From an uncultured Alphaproteobacteria bacterium (GTDB taxonomy: Bacteria > Pseudomonadota > Alphaproteobacteria > Rhizobiales > Xanthobacteraceae), in the NCBI GenBank assembly GCA_963847015.1, contig CAWJYI010000026.1:27775-91774 (forward strand): 64,000 nucleotides of DNA, written 5' to 3'. Both the position numbers and the translations under genes were made by a program. Position 1 is the stretch's first letter, and each line of letters begins with the position of its first letter. The notes below the pieces were generated by a model. It did not search any database, was not told the origin of the DNA, and was given only the letters and a program-made list of their open reading frames with translations. Below are positions 10,272 to 21,203 of this stretch, one piece after another.

Positions 10272-11090
10272 ATGTCATCCTACACAACCATATCTGTAGA
10301 CAAACTTTCACGGCTGATCGGCACGCCGAACACGCCTGCCCTGATCGACGTCCGCACCGACGCGGATTTTGCCGCCGACCCGCGGCTGATTCCCGGCGCA
10401 ATCAGGCGGAGCCATCAGGATGCCGGCGACTGGAGCGGCGATTTCTCCAAAGGCTCAGCCATCGTCGTCTGCATGCGCGGCGCAAAACTGGCCCAGGGCA
10501 CCGCGGCCTGGCTGCGGAACGCCAAGGTAGACGCCGAGACGCTGGAAGGCGGCTTCGAAGGCTGGAAAGAAGCAAAGCTTCCGCTGGTGGATGCATCAAA
10601 ATTGCCGCCGCGCGACGCGCAGGGGCGCACGGTCTGGGTGACCCGGGCGCGGCCCAAGATCGACCGCATCGCCTGCCCCTGGCTGATCCGCCGGTTCGTC
10701 GATCCGAACGCGGTGTTTCTGTACGTGGCGCCGTCCGAAGTCGTTGCCGTCGGCGAGCGCTTCAACGCGGCGCCTTTTGACATTGAAAACGTGTTCTGGA
10801 GCCACCGCGGCGAACTCTGCACCTTCGATGTGATGATCGAGGAGTTCGGGCTGGCCGCGCCGCCTCTGCTGCGGCTCGCCACCATGGTGCGCGCGGCCGA
10901 TACCGGACGACTTGATCTGTCGCCGGAGGCGCCGGGATTGCTGGCGGCTTCGCTTGGTCTGTCGCGCATGTTCGATGACGATCTCGAACAGCTTGAAGCC
11001 GGCATGATGCTATACGACGCCTTCTATCGCTGGTGCCGCGATGCGACCGGCGAAACCCACAACTGGCCGACGAACAAGGCGAAGCCATAA
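10272..11090 (+). CDS. chrB: Chromate resistance protein ChrB (rhodanese-like + ChrB C-terminal domain)
   Basis: WVTRARPKIDRIACPWLIRRFVD and HRGELCTFD motifs. Confidence 0.92.
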   Translation: MSSYTTISVDKLSRLIGTPNTPALIDVRTDADFAADPRLIPGAIRRSHQDAGDWSGDFSKGSAIVVCMRGAKLAQGTAAWLRNAKVDAETLEGGFEGWKEAKLPLVDASKLPPRDAQGRTVWVTRARPKIDRIACPWLIRRFVDPNAVFLYVAPSEVVAVGERFNAAPFDIENVFWSHRGELCTFDVMIEEFGLAAPPLLRLATMVRAADTGRLDLSPEAPGLLAASLGLSRMFDDDLEQLEAGMMLYDAFYRWCRDATGETHNWPTNKAKP

Positions 11091-12481
11091 TGGATGCGAC
11101 GACCGACACGACCGCCAAAGCTGATACCGGCCACGGCATCAGCTTTGGCGAAGCCTTGCGGGTCTGGCTGCGGGTTGCCGTCCTGAGCTTTGGCGGCCCG
11201 GCCGGTCAGATCGCCGTGATGCATCGCATTCTCGTCGAAGAGAAGAACTGGATTTCCGAGAGCCGGTTCCTGCATGCGCTGAACTATTGCATGCTGCTGC
11301 CGGGCCCGGAGGCGCAGCAGCTTGCGACCTATATCGGCTGGCTGTTGCACCGGACCGCCGGCGGCATCATGGCCGGCGGGCTGTTTATTCTGCCCGGCAT
11401 CATCGCCATCATGGGGCTGAGCTACATCTATGCGGCCTATGGCAATGTCGGATTCATCGAGGCGCTATTTTTCGGCCTGAAGGCCGCCGTGCTTGCCATC
11501 GTCGTGCAGGCCGTCGTCCGTGTCGGCAAGCGCGCGTTGCGCAACCGCGTCATGATCGCGCTGGCGGCAATCGCCTTTGTCTCGATCTTCTTTTTTGACG
11601 TTCCCTTCCCGATCATCATCATCGCGGCCGGCGTGATCGGCTATCTCGGCGCGAGGGCCGGGCGGCCGGAATTCGCCGCCGTCGAACATGGCGGCGGAGC
11701 CGGGAAGACCGCAGCGGTCGACAGCTTGCTGGGCGAGGAACTGCCCGAGCATGTCCGCCCGAGCGTGGCCCGTGCGCTCAAGGTTAGTTCGATCTGGCTG
11801 CTGCTGTGGCTGGTGCCGGTGGCCGCGCTCGTGATCGGTCTCGGACAAGCCAATGTGTTCAGCCAGATCGCGCTGTTCTTCAGCAAGATGGCGATGGTGA
11901 CATTCGGCGGCGCCTATGCCGTGCTGGCCTATGTCGCACAGCAGGCGGTCGAACATTATCACTGGGTGCAACCGCGCGAGATGCTCGACGGCCTCGGCAT
12001 GGCCGAGACCACGCCGGGTCCGCTGATCATGGTGCTGCAATTCGTGGGTTTCATGGCGGCCTTCCGCGACCCCGGCACGCTGTCGCCGATGGTGGCCGCA
12101 ACGCTTGGCGGATTGCTGGCGACCTGGGTCACCTTCACACCCTGCTTCCTCTGGATCTTTCTGGGCGCCCCGTTCGTCGAAACCCTGCGCGGCAACAAGG
12201 GGCTCGCCGGTGCGCTGACCGCGATCACCGCCGCGGTCGTCGGCGTGATCCTCAACCTGTCGATCTGGTTCGCGCTGCATACGCTGTTTCGGCAGACCAC
12301 GCCGGTGCGGTCGCTCGGGCTGTCGTTCGATATGCCCGTGTTTTCCAGCATCGATGTTCCCGCCTTCGTGCTGGCGGCGGCCGCCGCAACCGCGATCTTC
12401 CGCCTCAACATCGGCATGCTCTGGGTGCTGGCGGGCTCGTGCGCGGCGGGCCTGGCGCTGCGGTTGGCGGGCGTGGTTTAG
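11090..12481 (+). CDS. chrA: Chromate efflux transporter ChrA (long chain)
   Basis: SFGGPAGQIAVM, LLPGPEAQQLA, TFGGAYAVL, AETTPGPLIM. Confidence 0.95.
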   Translation: MDATTDTTAKADTGHGISFGEALRVWLRVAVLSFGGPAGQIAVMHRILVEEKNWISESRFLHALNYCMLLPGPEAQQLATYIGWLLHRTAGGIMAGGLFILPGIIAIMGLSYIYAAYGNVGFIEALFFGLKAAVLAIVVQAVVRVGKRALRNRVMIALAAIAFVSIFFFDVPFPIIIIAAGVIGYLGARAGRPEFAAVEHGGGAGKTAAVDSLLGEELPEHVRPSVARALKVSSIWLLLWLVPVAALVIGLGQANVFSQIALFFSKMAMVTFGGAYAVLAYVAQQAVEHYHWVQPREMLDGLGMAETTPGPLIMVLQFVGFMAAFRDPGTLSPMVAATLGGLLATWVTFTPCFLWIFLGAPFVETLRGNKGLAGALTAITAAVVGVILNLSIWFALHTLFRQTTPVRSLGLSFDMPVFSSIDVPAFVLAAAAATAIFRLNIGMLWVLAGSCAAGLALRLAGVV

Positions 12482-12684
12482 AACGCTAGGGTCAGGACTC
12501 ATTCACAGAGCCAAAAGATAACGGGGCCGCGATGCAGAATGTGTGGACGCAGCGGTCGTAGCGCATTGAGATACGCCGCCTGCTGTGCGGAAAGCCGAAC
12601 ACGGAACGGGATCGTCTTCAATCTCGGTGAGTTTGCCTTGACAGCTTGCCAGAGCCCACGATTTCGCCAAGGAGGGGTCTCACG

Positions 12685-13332
12685 ATGACCATCACCATTA
12701 CCGCCTTTGAACGGTCACCCGATGGCGGCAAGGGACTGGCGCGTGATACGCGCGTTCGCTGGGCCCTTGAAGAAGTGGGCCAACCTTACGAGGTTCGTCT
12801 TGTTTCGTTCAGAGCGATGAAGGAACCCGCACATCTGGCGCTGCATCCTTTCGAGCAGATTCCGACCTACGAGGAAGGCGGTCTCGGCCTGTTCGAGACG
12901 GGGGCGATCGTGTTCCATATCGCGGAGCGTCATGCGGGCCTGTTGCCAGACGATGCGAACGCCCGGGCGCGCGCGATCACATGGATGTTCGCCGCGCTCA
13001 GCACGGTGGAGCCGCCGATCCTTGAACTCGGAACCGCCAGGCTCCTTGAGGGCGACAAGTCCTGGTCCGCGCAACGCATGCCTCTCGTCGAGGATCGCGT
13101 CCGTAACCGGCTGGGCCAACTTTCCCGTCGCCTTGGCGATGCCGACTGGCTCGATGGCGCGTTTAGCGCGGGCGACCTGATGATGGTGTCGGTGCTGCTC
13201 AGGTTGAAAGCGTCGGGTATGATGGACGAATATCCGAACCTCTCCGCCTATGTGGCCCGCGGCGAAGCGCGGCCCGCCTACAAGCGTGCCTTCGAGGCGC
13301 AATCGGCGGTGAACAATTCACCGGCCGGCTGA
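12685..13332 (+). CDS. Glutathione S-transferase family protein
   Basis: RVRWALEE, HPFEQIPT, LFETGAI motifs; AGGAGG RBS. Confidence 0.9.
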   Translation: MTITITAFERSPDGGKGLARDTRVRWALEEVGQPYEVRLVSFRAMKEPAHLALHPFEQIPTYEEGGLGLFETGAIVFHIAERHAGLLPDDANARARAITWMFAALSTVEPPILELGTARLLEGDKSWSAQRMPLVEDRVRNRLGQLSRRLGDADWLDGAFSAGDLMMVSVLLRLKASGMMDEYPNLSAYVARGEARPAYKRAFEAQSAVNNSPAG

Positions 13333-13390
13333 TTGAGGTCTGGATCGGAGCCGTCATCCGAGTTTTTCGTTCATTTTATGGGTCCAGACC

Positions 13391-14333
13391 CTAGACACGC
13401 TCCGCCGGCGCGAGCCTGCAGGCATCGCCGGAGACCTCGATCTGCAGCGTCGCATGGTGGATGCCAAAGCGATGCGAAAGCTGTTCGCAGACGTGGTGCA
13501 AAAATTTGTCGTCGGTGCCGCCGGGCCGGACCAGATGCACGGTCAGCGCGGTCTCATGGGTGCTCATGGCCCAGACGTGGAGGTCATGCACCTCCGACAC
13601 GCCCTCCAGTCCGCCGAGATAGTCCCGCACCGTTGAAAGTTCGATGCCGCGCGGCACGCCGTCGAGCGCGAGGTTGACGCTGTCGCGCGCCAGGCCCCAT
13701 CCGCTCCAAAACACTACGGCGGCGATGACAAGGCTGATCGCCGGATCAATCCACAGCGATCCCGTGAACATGATCGCCAGTGCCGCGAGCACCACGCCGA
13801 GCGAGACGCCCGCGTCCGCCGCCATGTGCAGATAGACGCCGCGAATATTGAGATCGCCATGACGGCCGCGCATGAAGAGCAGCGCAGTGCCGCCGTTGAC
13901 GAAGATGCCGAACGCCGCAACCGACGACGACGGTCCAACTCGCGATCGCTGCGGGCTCCTGCAGGCGGTTGATCGCCTCGACGACGATGCCGCCGACCGC
14001 GACCAGCAGAAGGCCGGCATTGAACAGGGCTGCGAGGATCGACGCCCGCCGATAGCCATAGGTGTGCCGTTGCGTCGGCTGCCTCCCGGCGAGCCACACC
14101 GCGCCCCATGCCAGCAGCAGCGCAATCGTATCGGAGAGATTGTGGACGGCGTCGGAAATCAGCGCCAGCGAATTGGCCGCATAGCCGAAGATCAGTTCGG
14201 CGATGACGAACGCCGCATTGATCGTCACGCCGATGGCAAACGCCCAGCCGAAATTGTCGGGCGCATGGCCGTGGCCGGCATGATCGTGCGCGTGGGAGTG
14301 CGAGTGGGAGTGATGGTGATGTTGGTGCGCCAT
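13391..14333 (-). CDS. Cation diffusion facilitator (CzcD/ZitB-like); frameshift near 13925
   Basis: His-rich N-terminus, SDAVHNLSD, HMAADA and VHDLHVW split over two ORFs. Confidence 0.88.
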
Positions 14334-14401
14334 TTCGCTGATAGAAGCCGCCTCGACCGGTCTCGATAACGGTTATATAGCGCGTCGGATCGCGAACACT
14401 A

Positions 14402-16390
14402 TTACAGCGAGACCGCGATCAGTTCTTCGACCAGCGGTCCGCCGCCGACCGGAAATACGATGAACTGCTTGCCGCCGGCCATATAGGTCATCGGCGCGCC
14501 GGTCGCGTTGGCCGGCAGTTCGATCTCCGCCAGCATCTCGCCGCTCGACTTGTCGTAGACCCACAGATGCGGATCGAGATTGAACAAGTCCCTGATCGGC
14601 ATGTTAAGTCCCGGCACCGAACGCGGTGTACTATAATATCCCATTTGCACGACGATCATCACCGTCTTGGTCAGCAACGCCCAGCTCCGGAACGGCAATC
14701 CCGTCTGCTCGCGCAGGTTCAGCCTCAGGACCGAAGGGATCGCAATGCCGCGTCCGACCGGAATGCGCCAGCGGTGTTCGCCGCTGTTCATGTCGATGGC
14801 GACGATGCTGCCGAACGGCGGCTTGAGCAGCGGCAATCCGCGCGGCCCCGGCAAATAACTGGGCAGGCCGATGAAATCGTAACTACCTTGCCACGGCTCC
14901 GGCTTGCGAATGTGGACGAGGGTCGGCAGGCGGTAGGTGCCGACATAGAGCGTGCTTGTTTCCGGATCGATCGCAGCGCCCGACCAATTGGCGCCGCCGG
15001 CGTTGCCGGGCACCAGGATGGCGCCGCGCTCCGACGGTGGCGTGAACAGCCCGCCGCGATCGTAGGCGGAGGCGATCTCGATCGCCTCCTTGTGTATCGC
15101 TGGCGTAAAGGCAACCAAATCTTCGTCCCGCGCGCCCTGGATGTCGAACGGTGCGGGCTTTGAGGGAACCGGTTGGGTCTTCGATGCCTGCTCGCCGGGG
15201 ACACTTGAGGCCGGCACCGGCTGCTCCTCGATCGGCCACACCGGTTTGCCCGTGACGCGATCGAACACAAAAACGAAGGCCTGCTTTGTGACTTGCGCTA
15301 CCGCCTTGATCGGTTTCCCCGCAACGGTGATGTCGATCAGGTTCGGCGCGGCGGGCGGATCGTAATCCCAGAGACCATGATGCACGAACTGGAAATGCCA
15401 GACCTTCTTGCCGGTCGTAACGTCAAGGCAGACGAGGCTCTCGCCGTAGAGGCCGTCGCCCAAGCGGCCCCCGCCATAATAGTCATTGGTCGGCGTACTC
15501 ACCGGCAGATAGACGTAGCCAAGTTCCTCGTCTGCGCTCATCGGCGCCCAGACGTTGGCGTTGCCGGCCTCCTTCCAGGACTCCTTCTCCCAGGTTTCGA
15601 CGCCGGGCTCCTCGCCTTGCGGAACCGTATGGAAGGTCCAGAGCAGACGCCCCGTCAGGACGTCGAAACCCCTGACATCGCCCGGCGGCGACGGCCGGCT
15701 TCCCCAAAAGTCAAAGACGGACGAGCCGACGACGATGACGCCGCGAACGATCACCGGCGGCGAACTCGTGGTGTAGTAATTGCGGTCGATGGGCCGGCGC
15801 AATCCTTCCACGAGGTCGATCCGCCCGTCCTTGCCGAATTCGGGCACCGGCTTTCCGGTCTTGGCGTCGAGCGTGATCATTTGCGCAAAGGCGGTGAGGA
15901 TCACGATGCGTTCGCTGTCCCCGTTGCGCCAATAGGCGACACCACGATGCAGCCAGCCAAGGTTCGGCGGAATGCCAAGACCGTTTTCGTAGATCTTTGG
16001 ATCGTAAACCCATTTGGTCTCGCCGGTGGCTGCATCGATAGCCGCAACCTGCGACAGCGACGTCGAGGTGTAGAGGACGCCCCCGACCATCAGCGGCGTC
16101 GATTCATTCGCAATGGTGGGACCGACGGAAGGGTCGGCCTCCTTGATCGCCATGTCCGGCGACTTCCAGCGCCAGGCAATGTGCAGCTTCCCCGCGTTGC
16201 TGCGGTCGATCTGCGCCAGCGGCGAATAGCGCGCGGACGCGTAGGTGCCGGCGTAGGCCGGCCATTCGCCTTGCGATAAGGCTTTGGTGGATTCCGGGAG
16301 AGCGCCGGGGATGGTTTGGGCGTTGAGCGCGCCGGGCATCGCGAGCAAGGGCGATACCGATAACCAGGAATCGGCGTAATGCAGTCGCAT
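14402..16390 (-). CDS. PQQ-dependent dehydrogenase (glucose/quinate/shikimate family), lacking the N-terminal membrane domain
   Basis: RYSPLAQI, HRGVAYW, HHGLWDYD, GGANWSGAA, APMTY motifs. Confidence 0.88.
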   Translation of the reverse strand: MRLHYADSWLSVSPLLAMPGALNAQTIPGALPESTKALSQGEWPAYAGTYASARYSPLAQIDRSNAGKLHIAWRWKSPDMAIKEADPSVGPTIANESTPLMVGGVLYTSTSLSQVAAIDAATGETKWVYDPKIYENGLGIPPNLGWLHRGVAYWRNGDSERIVILTAFAQMITLDAKTGKPVPEFGKDGRIDLVEGLRRPIDRNYYTTSSPPVIVRGVIVVGSSVFDFWGSRPSPPGDVRGFDVLTGRLLWTFHTVPQGEEPGVETWEKESWKEAGNANVWAPMSADEELGYVYLPVSTPTNDYYGGGRLGDGLYGESLVCLDVTTGKKVWHFQFVHHGLWDYDPPAAPNLIDITVAGKPIKAVAQVTKQAFVFVFDRVTGKPVWPIEEQPVPASSVPGEQASKTQPVPSKPAPFDIQGARDEDLVAFTPAIHKEAIEIASAYDRGGLFTPPSERGAILVPGNAGGANWSGAAIDPETSTLYVGTYRLPTLVHIRKPEPWQGSYDFIGLPSYLPGPRGLPLLKPPFGSIVAIDMNSGEHRWRIPVGRGIAIPSVLRLNLREQTGLPFRSWALLTKTVMIVVQMGYYSTPRSVPGLNMPIRDLFNLDPHLWVYDKSSGEMLAEIELPANATGAPMTYMAGGKQFIVFPVGGGPLVEELIAVSL

Positions 16391-16526
16391 CTGCTTCGTG
16401 CAACGTCGCCTCCCCTTATTTCAGCAGAGTATCAGCGAGAAGAGGATTGCAGTCAAAGAAGATCGCGAGTCGCCGGCTCTGGACGCAATTGCGCACTCCG
16501 GCCGGGACGACGAAGGCGGGTACGCC

Positions 16527-18783
16527 CTACTCCACCCCGCGCCTGAACTTGTTCGACTTCGGCAGGCCATGCGCGAGGCGGCCGGCGTCGGCGCGGTTGC
16601 CGCGCCAGTCGGACAATTCCTTCCCGCTCAGGCTCTGCTCGCGGCCCGACGAATCCTTCCAGGTCAGCCCGGTCTTGGAATCGAAGGTGGCGACATCCGA
16701 CAGCGCGGCGCTGGTGTATTTCTGCAGACGCACGCCGCGGCCACGCGCCATCTCGGGCACCTGATCGAGCGGGAACAGCACCATCTTGTGGTTGGTGCCG
16801 ATCACGGCAACGGTGTCGCCGGCAACGGTCGCGATCGCGCAGGCTTCGTTCGGCATATCGACGTTGAGCACCTGCTTGCCCTTGCGGGTATTGCCGACGC
16901 AATCGTCCTCGTTGACGACAAACCCCTGCCCCTCGCAGGCTTGCGATCAGGAATTTGCGGCCGCCCTTGTTGACGAACAGCGAGACGATCGCCGTTTCCT
17001 GCTCCATGTCGATGAACATGCGGATCGGCTCGCCATGGCCGCGACCGCCCGGCAGTTTTGCGACGTCCAGCGAGTAGAATTTTCCGTTGGTCGCAAACAG
17101 CAGCAGTTTTGACGTGCTCTCGGCGAAGAACGCCTGATCGATCTTGTCGTCGGTCTTGAAGGTGAGGCCTGAGAGATCGGCGACGTGGCCCTTCAGCGTG
17201 CGCACCCAGCCCTTTTCGGAGACGACGACCGTGACCGGCTCGCGCTCGACAAAGGCTTCCTCGATCGCGGCGAGATCGTGCTCGGGAGCGTCCGCAAACG
17301 TCGTGCGGCGCTTGCCGAGCGGCGTCTTCGGCCCAAAAATGTCGCGAACTTTCCGCACCTGCTCGCCGACCCTGGACCATTGTTGGGCCTCGGAGCCGAG
17401 CAGTTCCTTGATGCCTTTTAATTCGCCGCGAAGATTCTTGTCCTCGGTGCGGATTTCCATTTCCTCGAGCTTGCGCAAACTGCGCAGCCGCATGTTGAGG
17501 ATGGCGTCGGCCTGGACCTCCGTGAGCTTGAACGCCTTGATCAGCGCCGGCTTCGGCTCGTCCTCGGTGCGGATGATCTTGATCACCTTGTCGATGTTCA
17601 GGTAGGCGATCAAATAGCCGCCGAGCACTTCGAGCCGGTTCTCGATCTGCGCCTTGCGATAGTTGGAGCGGCGCACCAGCACGTCGCGCAGATGGTCGAG
17701 CCATTCGCGCAGACATTCGGCAAGCCCCACCACCTTCGGGATGCGGCCCTTGATCAGCACGTTGAGGTTCAGCGAAATCTTGCTTTCGAGCTCGGTCAGC
17801 CGGAACAGCGATTCCATCATCAGTTCGGGATCGACCGCGCGGGATTTCGGTTCGATCACGAGGCGGATGTCTTCGGCGGATTCGTCCCTGACATCGCCGA
17901 CCAGCGGCAGCTTCTTCTCGTTCAGCAGTTCGGCGATTTTCTCGACCAGGCGCGACTTCTGCACCAGCCAGGGAATTTCGGTGATGACCACGACCCAGGT
18001 GCCGCGCGAGCCCTCCTCCTGGGTCCATCGTGCACGGGTGCGGAACGAGCCGCGCCCGGTCATGTAGGCCTCGGCGATCAACTCCTTGGAATCGACGATG
18101 ATGCCGCCGGTCGGGAAGTCCGGACCCTTGACCCATTTCAACAGCGACTTCGACTTGGCGTCGGGCTTGTCGATCAGATGCAGGGCTGCGTCACACAGCT
18201 CGGCCACATTGTGCGGCGGGATCGAGGTCGCCATGCCGACCGCAATCCCCTGCGCGCCGTTGGCGAGCAGGTTCGGAAAGCCGCCCGGCAGAACCACCGG
18301 CTCTTTCGATTGGCCGTCATAATTGGGGCGGAACTCGACACCGTCCTCGTCGATGCCATCGAGCAGCAGCCGCGCGACCTCGGTCATGCGCGCTTCGGTG
18401 TAACGATAGGCGGCAGCATTATCGCCGTCGATATTGCCGAAATTGCCCTGGCCGTCGACCAGCGGATAACGCGACGAGAAATCCTGCGCGAGGCGCACCA
18501 TCGCGTCGTAAATCGCCTGGTCGCCATGCGGATGGAACCCGCCCATCACGTCGCCGACGATCTTGGCGGATTTCTTGAACGGCGTGCCGGGGTCGAGCCG
18601 CAACAGCCGCATGCCATAGAGGATGCGCCGGTGCACGGGCTTCAAGCCGTCGCGAGCGTCCGGCAGCGCGCGGTGCATGATGGTCGAGAGTGCATAAGCG
18701 AGATAGCGCTCCTCGAGCGCATCACGCAGCATTACCTCATGAATTTCGGCCGGTTCTTCCGGCGGTAGCTGTCGTTTTCCCAT
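16527..18783 (-). CDS. parC: DNA topoisomerase IV subunit A; frameshift near 16935
   Basis: [35 protein letters not shown]; the C-terminus continues in ORF 16527..16871. Confidence 0.95.
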
Positions 18784-18850
18784 GGGGACGGGTTAAACTT
18801 TCGCAGTGAATCGGGCAAGATGCGAAATCGATCTGCGACACCATTTGATG

Positions 18851-18967
18851 CGTCGTCCCGGCGAACGCCGGGACCCATAACCACAGGTGTTTGTGAAAGA
18901 AATCGACTGGGGCCACGGCTCCTATCGATAGGCTGCGGCGATGGGTCCGGCCTTCGCCGGGACGACG
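18851..18967. repeat. REP-type inverted repeat pair
   Basis: cgtcgtcccggcgaa...gggacccat / atgggtcc...ttcgccgggacgacg. Confidence 0.75.
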
Positions 18968-18984
18968 TGTGGAACCGGTCTTCG

Positions 18985-19737
18985 TCAAACCGCCGAACTG
19001 ATTCGGGCCCGATATTTGGTCACCGCATTGATAAATCCGTCGCGGGCATCGGAATGCCCCTGGCCGCGCGGCTCCAGCACGTGGCGGAGCAGGAACAGCC
19101 CCGTCAGCCGAAAGCCGTCCTGCAGGTCCTGGTCGGACCAGCCGTTCTGGCCGCCCTCGCCGTCGCGCAAAAATGCCGGCAGCCGCAGCAGCCGGTCACG
19201 GAAGGGCTCGCCGGCCCGCCGCGACACCGCGCCGCCGGATTTCGGCGAGACGTAGATCAATTCGGTCGTATCCCCGGTCGCGGCGCAATTATCCAGATCG
19301 AGGCCGAAACCGAGTTCGGCGAGCATCGCCAGTTCGAACCTGATGAGATGCGCCGCCGCTTCGCCGATATCGTCGAAATCGTCCAGCGTGCGGCCGAGCA
19401 TCTCATAGATGTCTTCGTGCGGATCGCGCTCCGGCAACAGCCGCGCCAGCGCCGCCAGATGCGTCACGCCGTAGACCGCATGCGACGACGCCAGCAGGGT
19501 CGCCGCCCGCAGCCGCGTGCCTTCGATCGCATAGGTGCCGAGATGCTCGTCAAGCCGCGCCCGCCACACGGCGGTCACGCTGTTGCCGGGCTGCAGCAGC
19601 GGCCGCATCCGCGAGCCGGCACCGCCGCGCACGAGGCCGAGATGGCGGCCATGGCTGCGCGTCAGCAGTTCGACGATGGCCGAGGATTCGCCATGCCGCC
19701 GCACCCCCAGCACGATGCCTTCGTCGGTCCATTCCAT
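18985..19737 (-). CDS. recO: DNA repair protein RecO
   Basis: [29 protein letters not shown]; era-recO synteny. Confidence 0.95.
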   Translation of the reverse strand: MEWTDEGIVLGVRRHGESSAIVELLTRSHGRHLGLVRGGAGSRMRPLLQPGNSVTAVWRARLDEHLGTYAIEGTRLRAATLLASSHAVYGVTHLAALARLLPERDPHEDIYEMLGRTLDDFDDIGEAAAHLIRFELAMLAELGFGLDLDNCAATGDTTELIYVSPKSGGAVSRRAGEPFRDRLLRLPAFLRDGEGGQNGWSDQDLQDGFRLTGLFLLRHVLEPRGQGHSDARDGFINAVTKYRARISSAV

Positions 19738-19784
19738 GGGCGAAGAATACAGGATTCCGCAGGTGGGCGCAGCTATTCAACCGC

Positions 19785-19839
19785 TGTCATTCCGGGATGG
19801 TCCGAAGGACCAGGACCTCAGATGCGCAATTGCACATCG
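19785..19839. repeat. REP-like element (partial)
   Basis: gtcattccggg...ggtccgaaggacc and gatgcgcaattgcacatc palindromes. Confidence 0.55.
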
Positions 19840-19854
19840 ACGGCGGAAAAGCGA

Positions 19855-20235
19855 TCACGCGTTGAACCAGCCCTGCGCGTCGCCGGTGAAAGAGAAATAG
19901 AGCCCCGCCGCCGTCAGCGCGCAGGAGACGATCTCGATACCGCTGTCGAGCTGCACGCCAGTGTCGCCGATCATCTGCACCAGCGAAATGACCGACATGA
20001 CCAGCGCCGCTGCCAGCACCCAGCGCGGCCAATTCTTGCGCCGCTGCGCGGCGAGCCAGACGAAATAGACCAGCAGCAGGATCATGCAGGCCGCCATGAC
20101 GGTCGCTACATTGATCATCTGCTCGGTCATGTCGGCCGCGGGCGTGCGGTCCTGGAACGCCACCGACAGCGCATCCAGCGTCAGCGACAGATACAGCAGC
20201 ACTTCAAACCACAAAACGTTCCTGGGTACTTTCAT
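19855..20235 (-). CDS. Hypothetical membrane protein
   Basis: 126 aa with 4 hydrophobic segments. Confidence 0.7.
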   Translation of the reverse strand: MKVPRNVLWFEVLLYLSLTLDALSVAFQDRTPAADMTEQMINVATVMAACMILLLVYFVWLAAQRRKNWPRWVLAAALVMSVISLVQMIGDTGVQLDSGIEIVSCALTAAGLYFSFTGDAQGWFNA

Positions 20236-20273
20236 CGAGACGCCGGTTAGCCCTGTTTCCTGGTTATTTCCGG

Positions 20274-21203
20274 TTATTCCTTGGGGAATTCCAGTCCCAT
20301 TTCCCTGTAGCGGTCGGGGTCGTCGCCCCAGTTCTCGCGCACCTTGACGAACAGGAACAGATGCACGGGCACCCCGACAATCTCGGCGATTTCCTTGCGC
20401 GAGTCCGCGCCGATCGACTTGATGGTGGCGCCGCCCTTGCCGAGCACGATCTTGCGCTGGCTTTCGCGCTCGACAAAAATCGTCTGCTCGATGCGAATCG
20501 ATTTATCCTTGCGCTCGGTCCAGCTGTCGGTTTCGACGGTGGATTGATACGGCAATTCCTGATGCAGCTGGCGGTAGATCTTCTCCCGCGTGATCTCGGC
20601 AGCCAGATGCCGCATCGGCGCATCCGACATCTGGTCTTCGGGGTAGTGAAACGGCCCGGCGGGAACCATGGCAGCGAGCGTCTTGCGCAAATCGTCGACA
20701 CCGTCGCCCGACAGCGCCGAGATCATGAAGGTGCTTTCGAACTTCATGCGCTCATTGGCGGCTTGCGCCAGCGCCAGCAATCTCTCGCGCGGGATCAGGT
20801 CGATCTTGTTCAGTACGAGGATCTTTGGATGCCGAACGGTGGCAAGCTTCGAGAGGATCGCTTCGGCCTCTTCGTCGATGCCCGCCTTGGCATCGAGCAG
20901 CACGCAGACCAGATCGGCGTCATGCGCCCCGCTCCACGCCGTCGACACCATCGCGCGGTCGAGCCGCCGCTTCGGCGAAAAGATGCCGGGCGTATCGACC
21001 AGGATGATCTGCGATTGATCCTCGATGACGATGCCGCGGATCAACGCCCGCGTCGTCTGCACCTTGCGCGAAACGATCGTGACCTTGGAGCCGACCAGCG
21101 CGTTGACGAGGGTGGACTTGCCGACATTGGGCGCGCCGATCAGCGCAACAAAGCCACAGCGGGTCGCTGGAGGTGTGGTGCCGGCTGAAGATTCAACTGT
21201 CAT
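20274..21203 (-). CDS. era: GTPase Era
   Basis: GAPNVGKS, DTPG, NKID and KH domain. Confidence 0.97.
   Translation of the reverse strand: MTVESSAGTTPPATRCGFVALIGAPNVGKSTLVNALVGSKVTIVSRKVQTTRALIRGIVIEDQSQIILVDTPGIFSPKRRLDRAMVSTAWSGAHDADLVCVLLDAKAGIDEEAEAILSKLATVRHPKILVLNKIDLIPRERLLALAQAANERMKFESTFMISALSGDGVDDLRKTLAAMVPAGPFHYPEDQMSDAPMRHLAAEITREKIYRQLHQELPYQSTVETDSWTERKDKSIRIEQTIFVERESQRKIVLGKGGATIKSIGADSRKEIAEIVGVPVHLFLFVKVRENWGDDPDRYREMGLEFPKE

Noticed and set aside
2542-14333. Metal-resistance region as a mobile genomic island
   Set aside because: No integrase, transposase, terminal repeats or obvious compositional shift were seen.
16527-16960. Programmed frameshift or split parC
   Set aside because: No slippery sequence is evident, and it matches the window-wide indel error pattern.
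18851-18967. REP-type palindromes as novel elements (also 19785, 29702, 55923)
   Set aside because: They look like the common intergenic repeats of this lineage, and no associated transposase is present in the window.
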